From a virus (Duplodnaviria; Caudoviricetes): DNA of 64,000 bases. The DNA is taken from the IMG/VR virus record IMGVR_UViG_3300032280_000800, positions 47,750 to 111,749 of that record; one strand, 5' to 3'. This document shows, in pieces, positions 41,401-48,320 of this stretch. The notes beneath the pieces were generated by a model. The model ran no database searches. It had not been told where the DNA came from and was given only the letters and a program-made list of their open reading frames with translations. The first letter of the stretch is position 1; every line of letters begins with the position of its first letter. The translations under genes and the position numbers were made by a program.

Positions 41401-44400
41401 TCTGAGCAACTGTATTATTAACAGCACTTGCTCCACCACGATTAAGAGCGTCCAATTCTTGTATACTAGCTGGTAACGGTGGAGGTATAACCATCTCACC
41501 TTTTGCTAATTTAACAGGAACTAATCCTCCAGCAGACAACCCTACTCTACCGCCAGCAGCTTTTCTACTACGCCTTCTGCCTCCTCCACCGCTGGGCATA
41601 CCTCCTCCTATACGACTACCAATTTGAGCAGCTACCATCATACCCATAATGCTTGTCATAGTTGATAGCATACCTTCAAGGCCACTAGCAAAAGCATTCC
41701 ATACTTTATTATCCTTAATGGTTGTAGCTGATTTTTCTAAAGAAACATTTAATGCTTGATAGTTTCTATTCATTCTATCTAATAGTTCTTCTCTTTCTCC
41801 AAAAGTTTTAGCAGTAGCAAGCTCTCCTAGTGTTTTGTTGAGTTCGTTTGAAGCTCCAGCCACACCTCTCATAGCAAGTTCGGTTTCTTTGGCTGTTGAT
41901 TCTTTTATGAAACCAGCAACAGCACCGCTGGCTATACCAGCAGCACCACCTATAGCAGCACCCTTACCCTTAAAAGCCTGAGCGCCGATTAATGCTCCAC
42001 TCATACCGTATGAGCCAGCGCTTTGTAATGCTCCAGTAAAACCAGCTAGTGCTGGACTAGTATCAGAAACAGTACCAGCAAATTGATCTAAGCTATTTAA
42101 TATGGACGGCATTTGTGCGCTTAGTTGTGTTGCTCCTAAGCCTATAATACCAGTAATACCACCTATTTTATCTCCCATCTTGGTAACTCTGTCAGCAACT
42201 TTGGGAAAAGATCTCTCTATTAATCCCATTCCTGGAAGATTAGCTGTACTGTTAGCTCGTGCAACCCTGTCTAATCTTTGTCCTGTTGTCGATTCTAAAT
42301 TTCTTTGAGCCTGCCTTAAGTTTCCTTGTTCAAAGGCTCCAAACTTACCTTCCTTAAGAGACTGTTGTGCCCTAACATCAATACCCCTCACCTTCATTTT
42401 GCCGGTTAAGAACCCTAGTTCTTTTTCAAATTCTGAATGAGCGTGTTCTAATTCTGATAAGATTGTAATATCTTTATCTATAACGTTTGCTAATCCCTTA
42501 GAATCAAGGCTAGTTTTAATATCAGCAATAGAAGAGCCTCCTACTTTCTGCATACTTGCTATGATATCGTCTATAGATTTAGCTAAATCTGTTTCACCTA
42601 TTTTAGGATCAATTTTCTTAAATAACTCAGTAAGTCCTTCTCTGGTAGTTTTTTCAACATCTACATCTCCAATCTGACCCATATTTTTAGTAATTAGGTC
42701 TTGTATATCTGTTTGCGCAGTTGTCTTCTCCTCTGTCGCTTTTTCTGCCCTATTGTAAATTTGCTGTCTTATATTACGTTCATATTGTTGAAGGCTAATG
42801 CCGAGTTTATCAACAATTCTTTGTAAATAATCCATTCTATCAGCATCAACAGAGCCACCTCCTGCAAATTTACGGAGACCAACTCCACCACCACGATTAA
42901 GCCCTAAAGCTTTGGTCGCCTTTGCTCTCAAAACAAAACTACCAACTGGTAGATTAGTTCTGATGCTGTCGCTAGTACCACTACCCGGCCCTTTAAATAC
43001 TCCAACGCCACCACCTACCGCAAAACTTCCCATACCATTTTTATCAGCTTGGTTCATGCGGCCTAGCCTGCCATATCCTATACTTTTGGCAGTTGCCGGA
43101 GGAATGTAAGCCTCTCCATTACTAACTAGCGCAGGAACAGTTCCTCCCCCAGCAAATTGCGTAATGAATCCGCCATTAGCTTTTTGTTCAGCATCTTTGT
43201 TTCTATTGGCTCCTAAAAATTTAAATACATCATCAAAAGATCCACTATATACAATCTTAGCGCCACCTTCTGGATCATGCTCAAAAACATCATACCAAGT
43301 CCTTTTAGAATTAAAGGAATCCATGATGCTTTTACCTTCTCTCCACGAATATTTCTTACTCGGAGTTCCTCCGTCTGCAAACTTTTGTAGTATTCCTCCA
43401 TGAGATTTTTTAGTAGGTAACTTCTGCCCCATGGCTTTAAGAATATTATCTAATTCGGATACGGCAATATCTCCACTACCATACTGATCTAATAAAGCAT
43501 ATAGGGTCTCTGATAATGCGGTTACTCTACCTTGATTTGGTACTGACGTTCCCTTGGCTAGCTCCTGATAATCTGGCCAAGCCTTTTGTGCTTTAGATAG
43601 TTTGCGTTGAATAGAAGTTTTTTCGTCAGGGTCTTTTGTTGACTTTAATTCATCTTCTAATTCGCTAATATAGCTTGGAAAAGATGATCTAATATGACTA
43701 TCAATTGATGGATCAAAAGATAACTGTCCAGTTTTCTTAAACGAGCCTATAGCTTCTTCTGCTTGTGTATAAGCAGTATTACGACTTTCTGCCATTAGCG
43801 CTGCTGATGCTCTAGCTTCTTTAGCTGCTAGTGCTGGATTTTTTGTTTGTACTGACTTACCAAATGGTAATACTTCTTCTATCTCTGTATACCATCCGTC
43901 ATATTGCTTAATTAAATCTGGCTTAAGGGCTTCTAAAGCTTCTGGTTCTATATCATCTGGTAACTTAACTAATTTTTTGCCAATAGCAATACCAGCGCCA
44001 CCAGATTCAAAAGTCCACTTGTTAAGCTTATCATAATAATCAGCTAATACTTTGGGAAGCTTAATGCCGTAATGATCTGACCACTCAACACTATCATCGG
44101 TATCCGCATCCCTATAGGCTTGCGCAGCAAATGCGGCGTGATCTGATGGTGATAGTGGAACAAATCCACGAGCACCATAGGCCCCTCTTCTTTTGTTCTT
44201 GGTAGATCTATCTGGCTTAACGCCTCCCATAGACCCATCATCAAAAGCTTGAACTTGCCCACCCTCAAACCATTTACTAGGATTCTCATCATAATATCTA
44301 CCAAACTCTTTACGAGCTCTATCAAAAGCATAGCCAGTAAGAGTTCTCTTTACTTCTGTTGGAATATTACTTGGTATACCAAAATATTTAGCAGCTGGGC

Positions 44401-47400
44401 CGAGACCATTTTCAAAGTCTACAGCTCTATTTTGTTCTAGTTGAGCAATTGGTGGTAGGCTGGCACCAAGCTCTGCTAATGCTGCCTCTACGACAGCGCC
44501 CTCAATATTTCCTTGACCCATTAACTCTTGATATTCTGGAGCTAGTCCTGGCTCTTTATAGAGATAAGCTTTTTTTCCAGATTTTTCAGCAGCACCAACA
44601 TTATCTGCGTTATCATCAATTAATTTTTCTGCTTTACTTAAATTAGCTGCTTTGGCACTAGCAATATCTGTTCCAAGACCCTGACTGACTCCGGTAATAT
44701 CTTCTTTACGGTAAGGTAAACCAAAACTCTGAAGAGTCTGTGCCAAAAGATCCTCAGTATTTTGTGGTCTAGCAGTAAGGACTCTGGTTTGTTTAATAAA
44801 GTCTGGATTGGCATCTATTAGAGATTTTAACTTGGCTCCTAGTTTTGTTAATCTACCCTTCTTTAGAGCTTCTTCTACGACGGTTCTATCAGAATATTTG
44901 GGAATGTCAGGCTTGCCTTTTTCATTAAGAATATCTGCTCCAGCAACTAAAGTTTCATCAAAATCGAAAGCTAATGGCTCGCCAGTGAATATATCGGCAT
45001 ATTGTAGATTTTCTGCAAACTGACTCTTAGCGGATGCTGTTTGTTGTTGCATTTTAGTAACAGCATCGAAATATTGGGACTTGAAGCCTCTAGCATAAGC
45101 ATAAACAGTGCGATTATTACCAATATCCCAATTATCAAAATCTTTAGAATAATCTAATTTACCCTGACTATCTACTAAACCAACAACACCAACCTTTTTC
45201 ATTTTTTCAACTTTGGCAGCATACTCTGCGTCTTGTACTCCCTTAGACGATAGAGCATTATTGATTACGTCTGAAGCACCAAGTAAATCTATCTGCCCCT
45301 TAGAAATCATGTCTTTCCTAAGCCTTCTGCGTAGATTAGTAGGGATAGCCGTTAGTTCTGCTACACCAGCTTCGTTACCTAGTCCGGCTAATTGCTTAAC
45401 TAAAACATCTCTAACAGCTTCTTCTATACTTAATCCTGCGTCACTCTTAAGGCTCTTTTTAGCTAAAATACCAACTTGTCCATAAGGTCTTAATAAGCTT
45501 TCATCAACATCAACTTCACCAGCATCAGCAAATTTTTGTATGAATCCTCCATTGGATTTTTTATTTGCCAGCACTTCTCTCATTCCTGTAGTAATATTAT
45601 GACGTCCGCTATTTCCTTCTTTCTTATATGCGGCGGGCTGATTGAATCCTGCTAATAATTTTTTAGCTTTGTCGTCTTTGTCAGTTACAACCTGTTCAAT
45701 AGATTGTGTTAATACTCCTGGTAAAATTTTTGATACCTCAGGATCAGTATCATAAAAATCGTTGCCTAAAGCTTTTATATTAGCAGCTAACTGTTTTTTT
45801 AAGGGCGTGTAATTATCATTCAGTATTTCTTGTTCTTCTGAATCTCCTCTACCTGTGAATCTAAATCTCTTATTGCTACCAGTTCTTAAAGATTTGAAAA
45901 CATCTCTACTCTTAACATAAGAAGCTAATTTACTATTAAAAGACCCTTCATTATTTATGATATATTTACCATCTACTTGCTTGGCCCAGTCAGCATTCCA
46001 AGTTTCTGGTAAGTCAAGCCCCATATTACTATAAAGCCTAGTAATATTCCCATAACCATTTTCTTGAGCATATTTTTTTAAATTTTTTGGAATATCAGTT
46101 TGAGTTTTAGCTAGCTCTATATGAGTAAAATCAGTATCTCCACCAGAAGGAAGTTGTTTATTAACTGTTTTAGATTTTTTAACTCCCTTATCACCAGATG
46201 ACCCCTTACCAAATCTTTGTACAACTCCCCCACTATTCATAGCATCTAGTGTGTCTGTGCCATATTTATTAACAGCATCACGACTCATAACATATTCTCT
46301 TGGCTCTAATAGAGCAGATACTTTGTCTCCTCTACCAGTACCAGGAACACTACCACCTCTTTTAAATCCTAATATCTTGCCTCCATTACTAGCTGTTGTT
46401 GGACTAGTTGGGCTAGATCCTCCTGTTGTAAGAGACAGAGTATCTATAGCTTGAGTTAGATTATTTAAGCCAATAATCATATTTGCTAATGTAATATTAA
46501 CAATCGATAATTGTGATGTATTTGCTGCTGTAGCAATAGTATTGGCTTTTACAGATTTGGAACTTGCTGGAGTACCCTTACCACCTTTGCCTCCAGAACC
46601 TCCTGAGCCGCCACCACCTGGACCGCCACCACCTGGACCGCCACCAGAACCACCTCCTCCAGTTGGAGGTCCACCAGAACCACCACTTGGTGCTCCACCT
46701 CTGCCAATACCTCCTACAAACCCAGAAGCAAATTCACTAAGAATAGAAGCTCCCTTAATAGCGGCCAAGGCTGTCAACATTGGCAATAGTGGCTTGAGTG
46801 CTGATGCCATAGAAATAAAAGCATTGGCTGTGGTTAAGCTAATGGTTGCAATTGTTCTAAATGTACTACTATTACCAATATCTCTAATTAAAGCAACAAA
46901 TGCTTGTCGTGTTTTTTCAAACTGAACAGCTAATGATTGTTGAGCTTGTACAGCGTTTTTGCTTAATGATGCCTGACCATTTTGAGCAACTGATAAGGCA
47001 TCTTGAGCAGTGGCGAATTGTTGAATAAGTGGGATAACTTTACCTATTTGTCTAAATCCACCAAGCTCTTCTACTATTTTAGAAAATCTTATATCTCTAG
47101 GATCAAGACCGGATAACCCTTCACTTAATCTTCTTACGGCCTCATATGGCCCAACGAACTTCCCTTCTAGATCGGTTAATACTATGCCGTACTCCTTTAA
47201 AGCTTCTATTGTTGAGCCTCTCTGAATTCTAGTAAAAATAGTCCTTAAGCCCGTAGCAATAGTTTCTGCACTTTCACGAGTTGTTGCTCTAACACTAGTA
47301 AATAAAGCAACGAATTCATTTAAAGCGTCTGTGCCTTTGCTAACTCCATTGCTAGCAGCAGCAAAAACACCACCGGTCCTTTGAATAGCTGTGATAATAT

Positions 47401-48217
47401 CTCCGGCCTCAACAGCAAATGCAGCAGCTACAGCATTGATACTACCCAAAGCACCCTCTAGCTCACCAGTACTAATATTAAACTGACGCATTAAAGCAAT
47501 ACTGCCTTCGACCGTACTATTTAAATCATCAAAGGATGGAGCTAATGCCGACTTGGCTAGGGCTTCTAATGCTGTTTTGGTGTCTTGGGCAGATAATCCT
47601 GCCTGTGCTAGTGTCACTGACACTTGTAGTAAATCGGACGAAGTCACACCCAAATTGGTAGATAGTCTTGTAATTTCTTTGGTAATATCAGATAGTCCCG
47701 AAACACTTGTTCCAGTAACTTGTGATAATCTAACTATCTCTTTATCAAAATTAACGAATTCTTTAAAAGCACTATTAACTGCATTGGTTAAGCCATAAAT
47801 AACACCAGTAACCGTACTAAAAGCAGCAAACCTTCTAATAGCTAATCCAGACTGCTTACCAAACTCTTGCATTTGTGTACCAGCAACAGAAACAGCTTTA
47901 CCAGCATTGCTAGCGGCTTTACCTGTTGCTGCCAATGTTGTTGGTCCAGAAGAACCTAGTCCTCCTAAGCTAGTTGCTAATTGTTGTATGCTAGCACTTA
48001 ATTGATTAATATTACTATTAGCTTTAATCGCATTAGTAGAAATATTTTGTAATCCCTTATTAACTGTAGCTATACTTTTAGAAGCCGATCCTTTGAGGTC
48101 TAAATCAACCTTAACTTTAATATTAGATAATTGTTTTCTAATAGAAGAAGCAATAGCTCTTGTATTTGTAGGACCTCGTAGATTAATCTGTGCAGTTAAA
48201 TTAAATGCTGCTGCCAT
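32411..48217 (-). CDS. giant tape measure protein with embedded cargo domains
   Basis: 5268 aa. N-terminal TP901-type tape-measure region (FDKEIVRLSQVTG...LAQAGLS...ETIATGLRTIFTRI), repeated GTD(T/S)VPAML..GE.V modules typical of TMPs, position after the tube and chaperone genes, SD GGAG. Confidence 0.9.
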   Translation of the reverse strand: MAAAFNLTAQINLRGPTNTRAIASSIRKQLSNIKVKVDLDLKGSASKSIATVNKGLQNISTNAIKANSNINQLSASIQQLATSLGGLGSSGPTTLAATGKAASNAGKAVSVAGTQMQEFGKQSGLAIRRFAAFSTVTGVIYGLTNAVNSAFKEFVNFDKEIVRLSQVTGTSVSGLSDITKEITRLSTNLGVTSSDLLQVSVTLAQAGLSAQDTKTALEALAKSALAPSFDDLNSTVEGSIALMRQFNISTGELEGALGSINAVAAAFAVEAGDIITAIQRTGGVFAAASNGVSKGTDALNEFVALFTSVRATTRESAETIATGLRTIFTRIQRGSTIEALKEYGIVLTDLEGKFVGPYEAVRRLSEGLSGLDPRDIRFSKIVEELGGFRQIGKVIPLIQQFATAQDALSVAQNGQASLSKNAVQAQQSLAVQFEKTRQAFVALIRDIGNSSTFRTIATISLTTANAFISMASALKPLLPMLTALAAIKGASILSEFASGFVGGIGRGGAPSGGSGGPPTGGGGSGGGPGGGGPGGGGSGGSGGKGGKGTPASSKSVKANTIATAANTSQLSIVNITLANMIIGLNNLTQAIDTLSLTTGGSSPTSPTTASNGGKILGFKRGGSVPGTGRGDKVSALLEPREYVMSRDAVNKYGTDTLDAMNSGGVVQRFGKGSSGDKGVKKSKTVNKQLPSGGDTDFTHIELAKTQTDIPKNLKKYAQENGYGNITRLYSNMGLDLPETWNADWAKQVDGKYIINNEGSFNSKLASYVKSRDVFKSLRTGSNKRFRFTGRGDSEEQEILNDNYTPLKKQLAANIKALGNDFYDTDPEVSKILPGVLTQSIEQVVTDKDDKAKKLLAGFNQPAAYKKEGNSGRHNITTGMREVLANKKSNGGFIQKFADAGEVDVDESLLRPYGQVGILAKKSLKSDAGLSIEEAVRDVLVKQLAGLGNEAGVAELTAIPTNLRRRLRKDMISKGQIDLLGASDVINNALSSKGVQDAEYAAKVEKMKKVGVVGLVDSQGKLDYSKDFDNWDIGNNRTVYAYARGFKSQYFDAVTKMQQQTASAKSQFAENLQYADIFTGEPLAFDFDETLVAGADILNEKGKPDIPKYSDRTVVEEALKKGRLTKLGAKLKSLIDANPDFIKQTRVLTARPQNTEDLLAQTLQSFGLPYRKEDITGVSQGLGTDIASAKAANLSKAEKLIDDNADNVGAAEKSGKKAYLYKEPGLAPEYQELMGQGNIEGAVVEAALAELGASLPPIAQLEQNRAVDFENGLGPAAKYFGIPSNIPTEVKRTLTGYAFDRARKEFGRYYDENPSKWFEGGQVQAFDDGSMGGVKPDRSTKNKRRGAYGARGFVPLSPSDHAAFAAQAYRDADTDDSVEWSDHYGIKLPKVLADYYDKLNKWTFESGGAGIAIGKKLVKLPDDIEPEALEALKPDLIKQYDGWYTEIEEVLPFGKSVQTKNPALAAKEARASAALMAESRNTAYTQAEEAIGSFKKTGQLSFDPSIDSHIRSSFPSYISELEDELKSTKDPDEKTSIQRKLSKAQKAWPDYQELAKGTSVPNQGRVTALSETLYALLDQYGSGDIAVSELDNILKAMGQKLPTKKSHGGILQKFADGGTPSKKYSWREGKSIMDSFNSKRTWYDVFEHDPEGGAKIVYSGSFDDVFKFLGANRNKDAEQKANGGFITQFAGGGTVPALVSNGEAYIPPATAKSIGYGRLGRMNQADKNGMGSFAVGGGVGVFKGPGSGTSDSIRTNLPVGSFVLRAKATKALGLNRGGGVGLRKFAGGGSVDADRMDYLQRIVDKLGISLQQYERNIRQQIYNRAEKATEEKTTAQTDIQDLITKNMGQIGDVDVEKTTREGLTELFKKIDPKIGETDLAKSIDDIIASMQKVGGSSIADIKTSLDSKGLANVIDKDITILSELEHAHSEFEKELGFLTGKMKVRGIDVRAQQSLKEGKFGAFEQGNLRQAQRNLESTTGQRLDRVARANSTANLPGMGLIERSFPKVADRVTKMGDKIGGITGIIGLGATQLSAQMPSILNSLDQFAGTVSDTSPALAGFTGALQSAGSYGMSGALIGAQAFKGKGAAIGGAAGIASGAVAGFIKESTAKETELAMRGVAGASNELNKTLGELATAKTFGEREELLDRMNRNYQALNVSLEKSATTIKDNKVWNAFASGLEGMLSTMTSIMGMMVAAQIGSRIGGGMPSGGGGRRRSRKAAGGRVGLSAGGLVPVKLAKGEMVIPPPLPASIQELDALNRGGASAVNNTVAQKLGSAYIVPGAPSNVDTVSTSVKPFSYVIKSSSVQDMFNSQVMKPNAIQEQQRVARGGSVGAFSSKISTSGRSPKVSSGGVQHLASGGAVRGYKGGGAAGLLEIAFVISQLVGVFEGFKGYFDNSKDIEQAKKEMESLIQLRKIADNTEAFATSNQAFAERVLTQSQPIEKAALTADQRRAAYGRSKDSAGRLNSLNILQEQQMRSNLEAQGMKVDNSQTVQEFLDTLAPGSEKRKKADEAVAKAQDQLRKRIYYEARQRQGMDEATAVKEYQQAYSPEGKVQNKTAADNIDAIVEKELGGENRSRILAARLEIVNRSVKKFTLDIVDIMNRLSTSMTRIVSEIGASADRAMSVAGELSGGGAKAYEGDSQNARILENITAYSREELASAVDSVGKSLGDNKQTKQMGDFIKGFQAIQQELPLILRDTANADISAGSEANVRSRLTNMFGGLDMSPDIRKELEDEVMKWIRASTSMNRQGMTMEELANDVQAFKELSDAAEKARATFEDYAKKQIDVNRKLGAVSDQLAGNFDKLADNTVRVQDINLQSAIQLKEKFNQTISLRELTDPSDSAVRGLTGGITDPTAIGKEIADAVARKRILESDPGTATSALGSGEIAKLTSKINKYTKALDTLANNTDRASAALKKIDEQSQISAGRRRSVMDFFGMLDNPEAMFNFAKDTESYNRVVGGAGGRQDIPGAISTLQSLESTRTPEEFARLQKELFDNITRILGNAGGDPAVFDQFKEVFGPDFGRPQENPQIKPYIDAFNQAAKIQTEAVMAQSGLISDSGQLLAQALSLSADDFTNKMRTAITDIVDQLNGVANRLGLGGVDGAVPKAKGGLISYYAMGSMVDFAPKGTDTVPAMLTPGEFVVNRAATARNLPLLQSINSGKYSNGGSVKYLSKGGLLDRSVRSRFPIVPDTEWEKLAGTSDHIPLNNFPQSDLLKYVDFRSNSKDNILNKSELKSYNSAVSGHHEKYLSTSAQQKYKILSDNDLLIDNLQKEKKQAAGFLGFGGDKNKTQQINQSLNKAIAFRDKQLKPGPSLDWYKTYEAAHAIQYDKRITGGRNPLEENYFGGDRNFPFTPEFMKVDNAFRNTKLGLEPADFESLMYGLASKAIPGVLGAVGGGLGAIAGGSIGTLGGLITGPGAIVTGTAGALSLGFTGGMLGDQIGQDINSYIWNKYIPASMKKRVMDKMKASPESYSGGQWIGFGAELMGGAAADDMIRKGMTSAFGKATSVSSKMLQNGAITSNAIKLSPNSIPIANANEITNRSLALFKDGTEQTVQKSKRVVGEAVVNPTPEMMAERARLLEQARVGEAANAARKAAKAKAAKTGTKTKPPETPNEAAVAQQASDTKPTAAPPKPVAPKPEATPAEPRADSPIVPIKPKSTFKYEARDTRAGSKTFGMDVRDSIEAVSQEEAIALLKKQGLDVLASRRSVEKGKPSIYKPKSSDTTKPKKPSGSTKPKPAPAAGKTPPKSTFIYEALDTRTGREVRDTIEATSQDEALDLLKKQGLNVLPDPKRKGKLLIKQKKAPKGPSYKDVVGKWAWEKLKIKGDTTSAKAWDVLRKLSYTSLAFQALPIVSGIGSAAYNAVFGERPMPPDAGASGSSGPVTGGPLPKPTWSADPIEEMKINAEVAKRAYETTQRDRTEEFATKDNQYMFGQMQLAQAMGLKDPMGAVNFTARGAKIPKYELGDGSDRGQLLRAQEREEANKRLKELDEKLKTVSDAKTISPDMQKDIDERNALRKKLERDYIAQNNLGIPNVDGNTFPAFNVTSPIIPKPQDFGFKGNNEDKFDGEDIFDMNGKPFPAIVAKAMKSDGKMDFNAYTRNASILSTPLSSIPSDKKKQTNEQALQQYLREFGVVQQDIAGTDTDENSLVINKFNELKSRYLKDFAGGSIPDLDNSPISRGPEAAQQVTTQSKMLQKHLRDKLSDSKFKSQNFSGSGSAGITGVTKEDKVAAQKVINDLLTKYGYPGDSEDNRKKLVSKLEEKTSKANNIIESSKAWDFFNKQRDKYDAELEKYWTMRARWENREDLQNNPLQMMTGMGTLSEEERNQATVQMQKIDKDIAEKIKKEGRDSDSVKLLERQKQEVLDKLYKNRVGAGVKFESSPSMEYVLFNTPLKGGAHINPFKTFSNFDMAYGRPGSMNVVGESGPYIRDTNELISTMLKNYGSALGIKEKIPENNEQFKAWIQKIDPTIAQSLPSVNSSLSWNLDKLQNMYGTASANPTTDSFADKFGLWNLQTTEKAYDDSFVENYKQAFLKQIKGVTSSQTDNRSKEQYVLPKTIKNYQNAIAAMGLYTGQMADGNPNIYKKVNPGFKKLTIDNKPEGKTEEEQITSLRKKLGQGYTTWKRANLDKVFGGIAPKDIKQWKRIDDNYKLPGTPEEVRNTVLADVNTLDRIKNLDTFTINNRESITPGLMREIAAGANLLNGANTEIGDAAAQPFMGQDNKPLSGETKFLEFLVDTLNFNKDRNVSERQARLEALSSKDLKATTPDTSYHKAAKGIQDRLKTLKKPYEFWDSLRSYGTEPVADLVNKPDPNANKTIVQTIDNNGMPKIYRGANQVEIADKQIPADTVDRFFAGYSGLFTEYQQPYEMIKQQVARLGGKYTGEISNFPTMPSPFGNPNFIYLKKHLDMQSVEAKDIEAAGAGGDKPGVVPPKAPAASPSLGQDVKEKIQLAHQRVQQKAQAIFNDETLQRSEAEQYTPLLSDLGKLLFENIPTFKDNSTQENSSWFGYQKYYNRMHRFGDVAVNMNDVAAYRPEILEEKKLRSHLDNVIKPKYLSSGGSVLVNYQPKGTDTIPAMLTRGEYVVNKQATNKHLPLLNAINNGSIGSAPSMGGVSYAQSGGIINPIYRKVGGGSNVMNVAQSFGKAMGFDMTSANTVFDSFIKSFGAETANLGALINNLARVFPALGGPVSAFGKHVDTFIRGLDSIKSIEIKGPSIPEIVTFKGGKIEVELTSPADSSYKLSPEDEKRLVDKIQLRVTELIGLGR
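36845..37238 (-). repeat. two tandem ~41-46-aa PilC/GspF N-terminal-like domains inside TMP
   Basis: KSTFKYEARDTRAG...VRDSIEAVSQEEAIALLKKQGLDVL (~37238-37100) and KSTFIYEALDTRTGREVRDTIEATSQDEALDLLKKQGLNVL (~36968-36845). Confidence 0.75.
44555..44980 (-). other. HAD-superfamily phosphatase domain inside TMP
   Basis: AFDFDETL (motif I), VLTAR (II), AK (III), LIDD (IV). Confidence 0.8.
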
Positions 48218-48249
48218 AGGCTACACATATCTCCATAATCTATGAAATT

Positions 48250-48288
48250 TAAAGTAAAATCCTCCATACCCACATGAATATGGAGGAT
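48250..48288 (-). terminator. hairpin/terminator between chaperone gene and TMP
   Basis: Minus strand ATCCTCCATA...TATGGAGGAT inverted repeat followed by TTTACTTT. Confidence 0.6.
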
Positions 48289-48320
48289 AGTTACAAGTAT
48301 TTAAATAAACAAATAGACTA

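Noticed and set aside
33130-47798. Many short ORFs antisense to or overlapping the TMP, and similar ones over other long genes
   Set aside because: They are shadow ORFs from codon bias in long genes, with no recognisable motifs or supporting signals.
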